A stretch of DNA of 63,753 nt, filler included, from Conidiobolus incongruus B7586 (Eukaryota): NCBI GenBank assembly GCA_000697335.1. It is 16 parts of 16 records of this genome, joined end to end, with 100 filler letters (N's around TTAATTAATTAA, not from the genome) between each part and the next. Parts side by side here need not be neighbours in the genome. Positions count along the whole stretch, not along the records: positions 35,668 to 39,144 come from JNEM01007315.1; positions 39,245 to 45,023 come from JNEM01007316.1; positions 45,124 to 47,111 come from JNEM01007317.1; positions 47,212 to 49,201 come from JNEM01007318.1; positions 49,302 to 51,911 come from JNEM01007320.1; positions 52,012 to 53,289 come from JNEM01007323.1; 10 more parts are not named here. One strand, given 5' to 3'. This document shows, one piece after another, positions 38,862-52,153 of the stretch (position 1 is its first letter; each line of letters starts with the position of its first letter). The notes under the pieces were generated by a model that saw only the letters and a program-made list of their open reading frames with translations, had not been told where the DNA came from and searched no databases. The position numbers were made by a program, and so were the translations under genes.

Positions 38862-40282
38862 TACCTTAAATTTAAAATAATGGGAAATTTTTTTAATTTC
38901 TGATTTTTCAAACATATTATTAATTTTAAATAAATAAACATATATAAAGTAAATAAAAGATTATATATTTTTAAATTATTTATATTATAATTTTTTTGAT
39001 TAAAAAATTAATTTTTTAAATTTAGTTATTTAATTTAATTATGTTTAAATTAAATAATAATTATTAAAAGTTTTTTATTTTAATATTAATAAAACTTAAC
39101 TATAAATTTTTTAAAATTATTTAAATTTATAAATAGCTTTTAATNNNNNNNNNNNNNNNNNNNNNNNNNNNNNNNNNNNNNNNNNNNNTTAATTAATTAA
39201 NNNNNNNNNNNNNNNNNNNNNNNNNNNNNNNNNNNNNNNNNNNNAATTAATAAATAAAGTTATAAAATAAATACCTTATAATTTAATTAATATTTAAAAA
39301 ATAGTTAAAATTATTATTATTAAACAGAACTTATTAAAATATTACTGGAAATTTAAACCTTTATAATAAATAATATTAATTAATAAATTGTTATATTTTA
39401 ATAAACTTGTTTCCTTAGGTTTATAAGTTAATTTAATAATTTACTAATATAAAACTTGTTTTATTTAAAATATAACTAAATAACACTCTTTATTTTCTTT
39501 ATTCTCTTTTTTTATTCATTGTTTTTGATTTTTTAATTATATTTTAATTTTTTCTTTCATTAAATTTCTACCAAGTTTTATATTATATATTAAATAAATT
39601 ATTTAATTATTTAAAAATAATATAAAATATAACAAAGTTTTTTCTAAATATTTTATTATAATATCTTAATAATAATTAAACTTAAGATATATAATCTTAA
39701 TATATTAAAAAGTAGATTAATAAATAATTTATTAAATTAATATTTTGTTAATAAGTAAATATTAATTATTATAGTAAATTATAATAATATATATTATTCT
39801 TATTTAATTTTTAAAAGGAAATTATTTAATAATAAGTTTTATATAATTATTTTTAAATAAAAGTATTTTTAAATAGTATTTTTAATATAACTTAAAAAAC
39901 TTATTATTTTATATAATAATAATAAAATATATAAATTTAATATTATAAAAAACTTTTTAATTAAAAATAACTAGAAAAAACCACCACATCTAGTATATTC
40001 TTTAAATTATAACTTATGTAATTATAATTTCTTTAAGTAATTAAAAAACTAAAAGAAAGAAAATTTTTATAAAAAAATTTAATTTATAAAATATCAAATT
40101 TTAATCTTTAATCAAAAAAATTATTTTTTAAATATTAAGAGTTTATTAAAAGTATAACAAAAAGTTATTAATAATAAAAAAACTATTAAATTTATATTAT
40201 ATATTTATTTTTATATATTATATATCAAAATGTTTATTTATTTTCAATTATAAAAAATTCCCATTATTTAAATTACAGAGTA
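38862..40282 (+). mobile_element. Degenerate mariner spanning a gap
   Basis: Both TIRs visible (taccttaaatttaaaataatgggaaa / ttcccattatttaaattacagagta). Homologous to 9801-11102. Confidence 0.8.
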
Positions 40283-40630
40283 ATAATTTCAAAAGAGAAA
40301 TAAATTGGAAAATATTACCTATTTACATGCAAATATAGGATTAATTACATTAAAATATTATAATGCAATTATACATGAAAATATATTCAATTTATTAATA
40401 AAGATGATTACATAGTTATAATATGAAGTTATTGCATCATTTAATAATATTTAATTATAAAGGATTATTTTCTAAATACAAATGGATTAGGATTTAAATA
40501 TTAGGAATTACTATTAAATATAAATTAAAAAAGAAAAGTTTATATAAGCTTATATCCAGATGATTCAGAATATACAATAGAGGATTGATTTTAAGTATTC
40601 AATAAATAAATTACTTATATTCTAGTGGAA

Positions 40631-41940
40631 TTAAGGATGTGTAGAACTGTAGATTTTCATTATATGAGCTCGTAGTAAAAATTGTCGTCTTCCCAAATTT
40701 CTAACACTCTAAATTACGAGGATTAATAATTACAATATAGATTAATTGAAATAATTGACCTTTAAATATCCATTTAGGTCTATTACTTCGTCTTGAAGTG
40801 CTTGACTCAGGTAATATAGTGCATCTTCAATCGTACTTTCTTCTGCTATCAAGTCAAGTAACCTGTTCAATGAAGGATGATATTAGTATTATAAATAATT
40901 ATTCAAAAGTGGTAGTCATTTTACTTGGCTGAGTTGGGATTTAAATTAAAGTGCAAGTCATCAATAGAAGGATGTGGTAGTTTTTCTAAATGGTTAATGT
41001 TATCATTAAGTCGAGTTTGTGAATTTTCAATAAGCTTAAGATTGGTATCCAATCGCTCCTTGATATCGGAAAGCTGTCTGATTGAAAAATCAATCTTTTC
41101 GGAATTTCTATTCAATTTGCGATTCATATGCAAAAGTTGATTAATCGTCTGCTGATTTTCAGCACTGAATTGATGGAATTTTTTGGAAATTTTAGCCTTC
41201 AGGCTAGCAGTTAATTGGTTCACATCACCTATAGGTTGCTCTGAGTCTAGTAAAGATATTGTTCCGTTAGTTTTTTTGTCTTCAGTTGGAGTTGAGCTAT
41301 TTGGCACTCCTCTTGAGAATACAGGGGGCTCTTGACTGAATGATTCAATCATTAACTGTATTAATTGGATCAAGTTATAATGCTAAGTAATGAAATATAT
41401 TATTAGTAAATGTAAGTACTGGCTAATTCATGAAAGAATTGATTACTTCATGCTGATCTCCAATCCACCCATGTATAAGGGGGTGAAAGAATCTACCTGT
41501 GTGATTAACACATCTAGTAGGCTTTATTAACATATATTCAGTTGGTGTGACTTTAGCTATTGGAGGCTGTATGGGGTAGCTTGGTGGAAGATGAATAGAA
41601 ACAGGAATTTGATATTGCTGTTGTAGATATGTAATAGGTAAAGTGCCATAGATATTTAGCATTAAGGTGGGAGTTGAGGTCTGTGCATTGAGTGTAGGAC
41701 TAAGAGCTATTATGAATAGTTAATGTGTAATTTAAGAACAAATTAAAATTTGGTTACAATAATTTTCAGTTTTTAACGAGAGTGTATTGTGTTTGGAAAT
41801 GAGAGCCGATACATCGGCATATACTCTTACATGATTAGGATAAATCTAAAAATATAAATTTTCAATAAAATAGCAAATAAATATGTAAATTCACTTACTC
41901 CAAGAAGTACTTGCCTTAGCCAATTTTCAACAGCATTCAT
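40631..41940 (-). CDS. VPS23: ESCRT-I subunit Vps23/Stp22/TSG101, multi-exon
   Basis: UEV domain GTLPITY..YQIPVSIHLPPSYPIQPP, coiled coil, and SB box LIAEESTIEDALYYL..YLKSVRNLGRRQFLLRA. Confidence 0.93.
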
Positions 41941-42443
41941 TATTTATGATTGAGAGACAAAATCAATACAATTAATTATGAGGCTTTTTAATAACACTTA
42001 TTAGGATCAAAATTCAATTTTTTCGAGTTATAAAATTTACAAGTCATCATTAATGAAATATAAATTGTTAAAAATTATTATGGGATATACTATTTCATTA
42101 TATGCTGACTTAATTATTCTTTACGATTTTCCAAATTTATATCATATTTTAATGAATTACATAGTTTCATTGAATTTTATTCCATTAATTTTTCAATTAA
42201 TATCCATAAATTCATTAAAAGTTCGAAAATAATAGTATATATATATATATATATATTATTTATTTATTTCAAATAAAAAACTCCAAATTGGGAATATTTT
42301 AGTATCATTTTGAGAATTCTAAAAAGTTTTGTACTTATAACAAGTACTAAAGCAATTTTAATTATTGTCTTATAAGGAGATTAGCCAAAATATTGACGTA
42401 TTTAAATATTGAAGACAAATACCTTCCAAGAACTTTAATTCAA

Positions 42444-42487
<44 letters not shown>

Positions 42488-44658
42488 TTACCTTTAAACA
42501 TGATTCCTATATTGATTAAATATTCATAAAATGAGTTAAATAATAGACTGATGCACAAATCTAGCTGTTCCATAGATGCATTTAAAATGTAATAAATCAG
42601 ATGCTTTGAAATATGTTTCATAAAGTATATTTTGGTAATATATACCAATTGAAATGCCTTTAGTCACTAGTAAAAAATAACTAATACCATAATTTTTTGA
42701 GTTTGCACTAATGCTGAAACAATATTTTGAATCAAATTCATTATTGTTAATGCGTAAAATCACAACTGAATCATCAAGGAACTTTGTATATTGTTATTTA
42801 TATTTATAGTGATATAGGAATATTAATTATAACGTTTGAAAGGTTTTTAACAAATAACCTATTATTCTGTATACCACAAAAAATTAAACTCACAAATATT
42901 ACGTTTTAATATCAAAATATATGCATTATTAAACACATTAGTTTGTATTTAAGAAAAATTTCCGAATGAATGAATGTAAGGAAAAAATAATCTCAACTTC
43001 AAAATTTATTAGTATTTACATATATAATTAACTCAATATTTCTATATAATTAACAATGATAAATTTCTGATTTTTGCCAAATTATATAAATTTTTGAAAA
43101 TTAGTCTAATAATATTTAAAGAATATAATGAAACAAGTTGTTATTCAAATATGAAATTGATTAACATTAACTCGTTGGAAATATTAAATATAGCCATTAT
43201 ATATCAACTTACAAATGATAATTTTGAAAACTGATATTTATATTATAATAATTATATCTTAAGTGTATCTTATATATAATATTAAATTGAATATTTCAAA
43301 ATATCAAAAATTGGTCATTTTTGAAATAAATCCACATATTATGTACTTTATTAATGATTTCTTAAAAACATACCAGTTTCAATTTGTAGACATATTCGTT
43401 AATATTAAAAATATTGAATGGCTATAATTTAATATTGCTATAACTCTTTTCTACCAAAAACCAAAATCAAAATCAGAACCAAGCTGTGCAAAAATACAGC
43501 AAAAATCATACTATTTGGATTAAGTTCTCAAAAGTATTTAAACAATTATTGAAAAATATAATAATTTGGATTTTCAATAAAATATTTTTTGAATAGTCAC
43601 TATATTTTAACTTGAATATATATTTACCTATATTCAAAATTATACCATTGACTTTTATATTATATATAATGATATATATTGTATTGATTTTATTTGTTTG
43701 AAAATGTTTTTAATTTTTTTATAAACAATTTAAAACATATAACAAATGACTTGAATAATACAACATTGTTGAGTATTTACAAAATATTTACATTTTCATG
43801 TGTTTATACCAATCATTATTCAAGCCAGAAAAACATTAATTTTTTTGATGTTAGAGGTGTTTAAATTTTGTTTTAACAAAACATTATGAAGTGAATTGAA
43901 TAGTTGATTAATTTTATAATGTAAACTTTAATGTAATTTTAATTAATGTTGTTATGTAGGAAAGTAAGCAAAATTGAAAGTGAAAAACTATATACAAAGA
44001 TTCCGTATCAATCCGATATATTCAAATTAAATGTTATTTTTGGATTTAAAAGACCAATAATCATCATCTTAATCTTGTTTCTAATATATTTTTCCAAGTG
44101 AGAATAGAATATTGTAGGATTTTGAATTTAGCCTAATTAATTAATAAAAGTGAACCATATACAATTATTATTTATCTTTAAAGAACAGTCTCCTGAATGC
44201 ATACTCTCTAATTTCTGACAAATGCGTATATATTAAACCAAAATAAATAATCGAAATCTTTGTGATATAAATTTCATGATAATAACCATATAGATCAATA
44301 TCTGATAATGTATCTGCTGATAATATCTATTCACACTAGTTAGATATCTAATCAATTAATCTTTTACATTATTGCTATCATCATCATCATCATCTAGATA
44401 TAAATAGTCAGTATATATCGATAATAAAGATAATAAAAGATATGGTTTATTGATGAAGATAATTAAATGATTGATGCATAATTAATTTATTAAACTAACA
44501 ATTTACCAAATCGATACGTCATCCAAAAAGTTAGTTACATTGATAATCCTATGAATTCCCACTATTATTGAACTGATGTAATAGTGGCTTCTATTCTTCA
44601 TATATAAATTCCTCATTTCTATTAATTGCCAATAACTGTTTTATCTATATTAATCAAA

Positions 44659-45023
<365 letters not shown>

Positions 45024-45123
45024 NNNNNNNNNNNNNNNNNNNNNNNNNNNNNNNNNNNNNNNNNNNNTTAATTAATTAANNNNNNNNNNNNNNNNNNNNN
45101 NNNNNNNNNNNNNNNNNNNNNNN

Positions 45124-45250
45124 ACATCCCGCTGAAGCCACTTGGGAAGATGAAGCTAATATCTCTCATACGCTTGCCTACTCTAACTTTAAATCCAAAA
45201 GATCCTCTCGAAAAGAGACTTTGCCACGTTATAGCAAAGTCTGAGGGGAG
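45124..45250 (+). mobile_element. Chromodomain tail and PPT of an unmutated chromovirus (family D)
   Basis: HPAEATWEDEANI..SKV* followed by gaggggag. Confidence 0.75.
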
Positions 45251-45892
45251 TGTCACGTATCTACCCAATTAGTCCATATATATTTACCTTTAATATCAGT
45301 TTACCCATAATTTATCTCTTATTCTACTTTCCCTTAAATTGATCCATTCTTATCCTAATATCAAAAGGGGAAATACAACAGGGATCTATCTATCTATTCA
45401 TTCATCCAGTTATCTATCTATTCACTTATCCATCTATCCAACTATCTATCTATCTATCTATCCAACTATCTATCTATCTATCTATCTGAAGGAAACTAAC
45501 TTCAAGTCTTTGTCAAGAACTTCCAATAAAACTCCATATAACTACATCCTAATCCTATAACTTATCCACACTCCAACTTAATTCAATACAATTATCCTAG
45601 TTTCCAGCACTAGGATAATACAGAGTACATTATTTATAGAATTTTATTTCGGATTCTATAATAAATTGAGTTTGGTAAGTATTATATTGATATTTGCATA
45701 TATAATTATGAGCATATTCGTACTTTTATGATATACTATATCATTCTTTCTACTTTATAATATTTGGTTATTAAAATTTCAAACTAACAATTTTTAAAGT
45801 TTTATATGAAATTTCGCTTGCTATAATTGTGTTTAAATATCCCAAATATGTTAATATTTTATATTTTGATAGAAAGAATTAATATCGTGACA
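45251..45892 (+). repeat. 3' LTR of family D (~642 bp)
   Basis: Directly after the PPT. Perfect terminal inverted repeat TGTCACG...CGTGACA. Confidence 0.7.
45384..45487. repeat. Imperfect (ATCT)n microsatellite inside the LTR
   Basis: Read directly. Confidence 0.9.
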
Positions 45893-47313
45893 TTACCAAT
45901 AGGACTTTAATATTACACTATATACAAAATTTATTATTAAAATTAGCAGTCTATGATAAAATTGTTGATATTTTTTAGTATCAAAATTATGAATATTAAT
46001 CATTAAATTAAAGACCACCTGAATTGATAAGTTTTTTCTAAATATTAACTAAATATATTTTAAGTTTTTCTAATTGCCTTTGGCGTTGATATCTGCCTCA
46101 ATAGGTTTAGGCCTTGAATAAATTTCAAATATATTTCTTGAAACTGTATTACATTGAGTTTTAATTAATTTAAGTCATTTTAATACTTCCAAGGGTTATA
46201 TTGATATCTTATATATTATATTTTTTAATCATTACATAAGGTCTCTACAGATTAAAATTGATATTTTAAACAATCCAGTTTAAAGTATTAAGACCTTTTA
46301 AATCTAATTACTTTATAAATATCATATAATTATTATAAGCATTATTATCCCAAAATATCTTTTGTAAATACTACATACCATATTTTCCAATTTATAAATA
46401 TTCTATTCTTTAAAATAAATTGATAAAATTCACTTATTAATCTCCTATTAAGATATAGCAAATATTTAGTCAATTTTTTATTATATAAATGTTTTTAATA
46501 TTTAACGCTTAGCGATAAACACTATATTCCAATTTTTATAGTAATTTTGCTATTATTAATAACAAAGCAAATTTTACCAAGAAATTTTAGTTTAAACTTA
46601 TTTGAATATTTACTATTTTAAAACCTTAATTATAAGAAGTATATATTATTTTAAAATCTTAATTAATTTTAATATTATGAATATTAAATATCACTTTATA
46701 TATTTCTCATATAAATAATTACAAAATATTATTAAATTTATAAAAAAAATCATTTTAGATGTAAAATTATAATATTTAATAGAAGTTTTAAATTTTACGA
46801 TTAAATAAATTGATATTGAATATTTAAATGTTTTTATTTTTAAGTTTATATTTTTAATTAATAATTATAATATTACATTAGTTTATAATATTTAATATAA
46901 TAATTGAAATCAATATTTCAATATTTATTATTCTCTTTATTAAAATAGCCATATTATTTTATATTTTAATTAAAATGTAGATTTAAATATTTTTTGTAAA
47001 ATCATTATAATTTTTTAATATTATATTATAATATAAAAAAATCAATGTTATTAAAGTATTTAATTGAAAAATATTATTATAAAAATAATAACTTATAAAT
47101 TAAATAAGTTTNNNNNNNNNNNNNNNNNNNNNNNNNNNNNNNNNNNNNNNNNNNNTTAATTAATTAANNNNNNNNNNNNNNNNNNNNNNNNNNNNNNNNN
47201 NNNNNNNNNNNATAAATATATATTATTATAAAATTCAAGAATAAAAAGTTTTAATCTTTTATTGAAATAATAATTAGTTTAAGAAAATTTTAAAAAAATT
47301 AATATATTTAAAC

Positions 47314-47933
47314 TATACTAGCCTATAAAAATAAGTCATAAAATTAAAGTTACTTACATATTTACCTATATTTTAAATAATTCTTAATTAAATAAATTTT
47401 AATTAAAATATATAATTTACTTATATTAGTTGATTATAAGTAGTTATATTTGATTATATTTTATTAACTATTGGTTAATATATCAAAACCTAATATTTAA
47501 CTAAAGTGAGTTAAAAATTTACTGGTTTATAAGTTAAAAGGGTATAAATAATAAAGCTTATATATATCTTTTTTTCTTTGATAAAATTTTATATATTATA
47601 AAACTATTTAGCTAATATTTTAAAATTAATATTATAATGCTTAAATCTCTCTTTAAAATAGTTCATTTATATATTAATTCACTTTATAATAAAAATAAAT
47701 CAACCTATGAAATTATTAAAATTACTAATATTAGTTAATTTATTATAACTAGGGTTATTAAGAATAATATTAAAAAACACCTAAATTAAAACTTAAATGT
47801 TTTAAGATTATAAATAATTATAATAAAAAATATATTTATAAATTAGTTAATATAGGTATATATATTATTATTATAAAAGTTCAATAAAAATTAAAGAAAT
47901 ATATATAAATATTAGTTAATATTAATATAATTA
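47314..47933 (+). mobile_element. Tc1-like left portion, interrupted by another copy
   Basis: Terminus tatactagcctataaaaataagtcata, inner DR aagtgagttaaaaattt, ATG at 47637. Confidence 0.8.
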
Positions 47934-49201
47934 TACACTAGCCTATAAAAGTAAGTTATAGAATTATAATTATATATATTATTATCAATAACTTTTTTAA
48001 TTCTTAATCAAATAAATTTAAATTAAAACATATAATAAACTTATATTATTTGATTATAATTAAATATATTTAATTTAATTTTATTAACTTTTAGTTAATA
48101 TATTAAAACTTAAATTTTACCTAAGGTGAGTTATAAATTTATATAATTTGGTTATAAAAAGAAAATTAAAACTTAGTATATTCATCTTTTGTTTTCTTAA
48201 TTTCCTTAAGTTTATAGGGTATAGAGTCAATTAATTTCTTATATTAAGAAAGATTAATTTGGTTTTAAACTTCTTAAACATATGTTTAAAACTCATTTAA
48301 ATTTTTTATTAGTGGAAAAGCTTTAACTATTTTTTTAACTAATCCCAAAGGTGTTTAATTAGATTAAAGTTAAAAGATTGAAGAGGCTACTTTATAACTA
48401 TTATTTTATTATTTTTAAACCATTTGGTAGTAGAAATAATAATATAACAAAAGCTATTATCTTGTTAGAAAATAACATTTAATTTATCTAATCTATACTA
48501 TTTAATAATTTTTTTAATTTATTGTTTAAAATATTTTAATACATCTCAATATTAATTCCCTTATCAACTTTATAAAAATATCTTAAACTAGAAGATAACA
48601 TATATCTTTAAGCTATAATTAACTTGTTATTATATTTTTAGATTGAAATAATATGATGGTTCTAAAGTAATTTTTTATTTTTTCTAAAACATCTAGCTTT
48701 TTTATTAAATTTACTAAAATATATTTTTGTTTTATTAGATTAAATAACCTTACTCTAATTAGTTTTAGTTTAACTTTAGTGATGATATTTAAACTCCTAT
48801 TTAACTTTATTATAGGATTTTTATCAGTTAAAGGTGTTTTTTCTTAAAATATAAGTAATATTTATTATAATATAAAGTATATATAATAGTATTAATATTA
48901 ACTAATATTCTTATATAGTCTTGTAATTTTTTTTGTATTTCTACAATAGTATTATATTTACCTGTATTAACTAACTTATAAATATATCTTTTATCATTTT
49001 TATTTATAATCCTAGTATACTTAAGTTTAAGTTTAGATATATCTTTACTATAATTTTTAATAACCTTAACTATAATAAACTAGCTAGCATTAGTAATTCT
49101 AATAATCTCACAAGTTGATTTATCTTTATTATAGAGTTGATTAATATTTAAGTAAATTTTTTTAGAAAGGGATTTAAGTATTTTTAATATTAATATTATT
49201 T
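47934..49201 (-). mobile_element. Tc1-like copy nested in the previous one
   Basis: Terminus TACACTAGCCTATAAAAGTAAGTTATA begins at a TA. Body is the reverse complement of the 31184 element. Confidence 0.88.
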
Positions 49202-49334
49202 NNNNNNNNNNNNNNNNNNNNNNNNNNNNNNNNNNNNNNNNNNNNTTAATTAATTAANNNNNNNNNNNNNNNNNNNNNNNNNNNNNNNNNNNNNNNNNNN
49301 NTAATTATATTAATAATAAAATAATAATGTAATA

Positions 49335-50889
49335 TATATTAGCTTGCAAAAGTAAGTTATAAAATCAAAAAATATAAATATTTCTATTAATATCTTAGTG
49401 AATTTTAATTTAAATAAATTTATATTAAACTATATAATTAATATATAATTTTAATTTATAATATAATATATAAAGTTAAATTTAATTAATTATTAATTGG
49501 TATATTAAAACTAAAAGTATATCTAAAATGAGTTATAAATTTACAGATTTTAATAATAATAGAAAAATTAATATCTAGTATATTTATCTTTTGTTTTTCT
49601 AACTTCTCTAAGTTTATAGGGTATAAAGTCAATTAGCTTTTTATATTAAATAAGATTAATATTATTCTAAGCTTTTTGAATATACTCTTAAAGTTGATTT
49701 AAATTTTCTATTAGGGGGAAAGCTTTAATTGATTTTATATTTAATTAGGTTAAAATTAAAAAATTAAGGAGGCTATTTCATAATAGTTATTTTATTATTT
49801 TTAAGACATTTAATAGTAAAATTTATATTATAGCAAAGGGTATTATCTTGTTAGAAAATAATATTTGATTTATTTAACTTATATCACTTAATAGTTTTTT
49901 TCAATTTATTATTTAAAATATTTTAATATATTTTAGTATTAATTCCCTTATTAACCTTATAAAGATACCTTATATCTAAAGATAATATATATCCCTAAAT
50001 TATAATTAACCTATTATTATATTTTTAGGTTATAATAGCATAATGGTTATTAAGAAGTTCTTTATCTTTTTTAAAATATCTAGCTCTTTTATTAAATTTA
50101 TTAAAACATAACTTTATTTTATTAAACTAAATAACTATACTCTAGTTAATTTTAATTCAACTTTAATATTGGCATTTAAACTCCCACCTAGCTTTATAAT
50201 AAAACTTTTTTAATTAAGGGTGCTTTTTCTTAAAATATAAGTGATATCTATTTTAATATAAAATATATATAATAGTATTAATACTAATTAATATTCTTAT
50301 ATAGTCTTATAATTTTTGTTATATTTTTACAATAATATTATACTTATCTATATTATCTAATTTACAAATATATTTTTTATCATGTTTATCTATAATTTTA
50401 ATATACTTAAGTTTTAGTTTAAGTGTTTTTTTAACATTGTTCTTAATAACACTAGCTATAATAAATTAGTTAACATTAATAATTCTAATAATCTTATAAA
50501 TTAATTTATTTTTATTATGAAGTTGATTAATATATAAGTAAGTTTTTTTAGAGAAAGATTTAAACATTATAATATTAATTTTAAAATATTAGCTTAATAA
50601 TTTTATATTATATATAATATAACAAAAGAAAAAAAATATATTTAAGTTTTATTATTTATACCCCTTTAATATATAAACCTATAAATTTATAACTCACCTT
50701 GGTTAAATTTTAAGTTTTAATATATTAACCAATAGTTAATAAAATATAATCAAATATAGTTAGTTAAAATCAACCAATATTGGTAAATTAAATATTTTAA
50801 TTTAAATTTATTTAATTAAGAATTGTTTAAAATATAGGTAAATATATAAGTAATTTTGATTTTATAACTTACTTTTATAGGTTAGTATA
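49335..50889 (-). mobile_element. Near full-length degenerate Tc1-like element (~1.55 kb) with both IR/DR ends
   Basis: Termini tatattagcttgcaaaagtaagttata and tataacttacttttataggttagtata. Inner DRs near 49525 and 50682-50700. Confidence 0.88.
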
Positions 50890-51040
50890 TATTAATAAAG
50901 TTATTTAATAATCAAAAAACTATTAATAATATAATTAAAATATAACTTAAAAAATTATAATATTGAAAAAAATTAAATTGATATAAAAAAATATAAAATA
51001 ATTTTATTATATAATAATTAAAATATGAAATTTATATTAT

Positions 51041-51911
51041 TACTCTGTATTTTTAATAATGGGAATTTTATGTGATTGAAAATAAATAAATATTTTAATA
51101 TATAGTACATAAAAATAAATATTTAAAATAAATTTAATAGTTTTTTTTATTATTAAAAACTTTTTGCTATATATTTAGCAAAGATCTAATATTTAAAAAA
51201 TAGTTCTTTTTATTAAAGACTGAAATTTAATGTTTTACAAACCAATTATATTTTTTTATAGAAATTTTCTTTCTTGTAAGCTGGTTTTTTATTTACCTAA
51301 AGCAATTATAATTACATAGGTTATTATCTAAAGAATATACTAGATGTTGTAGTTTTTTCCAGTTATTTTTAATTAGAAAGTTTTTTATAGCTTTAGATTT
51401 ATGAATTTTGCAATTATCATGTAAAATAATAGGTTTTCTCAAATTATATTGAGAACACCAATTAGAAATACTTTTATTTAAAAAAACAATATAAAGTTTA
51501 CTATTAATTGATTTTCCTTTAAGAACTAAATAAGAGTAGCATATATTATTATAATCTATTACAATAATTAACATTCATTTATTAATAAAATGCTTATTTA
51601 AAGGGATTTGTGGAGGGGGTTGATTTAGCTTAATCTAGCATCTTGATTTGTGTTTTAGTAAAGGATTATACATAGGGATCTAAGATTCATCAATTGTAAT
51701 TATTTATTGTAAAAGTTTAGGCTTCTAGTAATATTTTAGTAAGTTTTGTTTAGCAATAGCTACTCTAGCTTTTTTTAAACTCTAGTTAAATTATAAGGTA
51801 CCTATTTTATATTTTTATTTATTAATTTGAGTTTAAACTTTAATATATATAAAATACTTGTAAAACTAATATTAAAGTGTTTAGATAATTCTCTAGCTGA
51901 AATAAAAAGGC
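51041..51911 (-). mobile_element. Degenerate mariner, cut by gap
   Basis: TIR tactctgtatttttaataatgggaatttt. ORF remnant ILHDNCKIH..WKKLQHLVYSLDNNLCNY; ITIDES retained. Confidence 0.9.
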
Positions 51912-52011
51912 NNNNNNNNNNNNNNNNNNNNNNNNNNNNNNNNNNNNNNNNNNNNTTAATTAATTAANNNNNNNNNNNNNNNNNNNNNNNNNNNNNNNNN
52001 NNNNNNNNNNN

Positions 52012-52153
52012 CTAAATATATTTATTTATTATTAAATAATATACCTTAATTATATATTATAGTTTCAAATAATCTAATATATACAATTGTTTTAGTTATT
52101 AATTAAAATATATATATTTTTGATTTTATAACTCACTTTTGCAGGTCAGTGTA
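52012..52153. mobile_element. Tc1-like terminal fragment with the best-preserved end
   Basis: ttttataactcacttttgcaggtcagtg-TA. Confidence 0.75.

Noticed and set aside
42370..42763. Two minus-strand ORFs
   Set aside because: AT-rich, one crosses a (TA)n tract, and no recognisable motifs.
45339..45560. 73-aa IYLS-repeat ORF
   Set aside because: Translation of the (ATCT)n microsatellite inside an LTR.
45900..46850. Possible decayed F-box/LRR-like host gene (similar texture at ~8950-9650, 29300-29800 and 52200-52900)
   Set aside because: Too degenerate to support a family assignment by eye.
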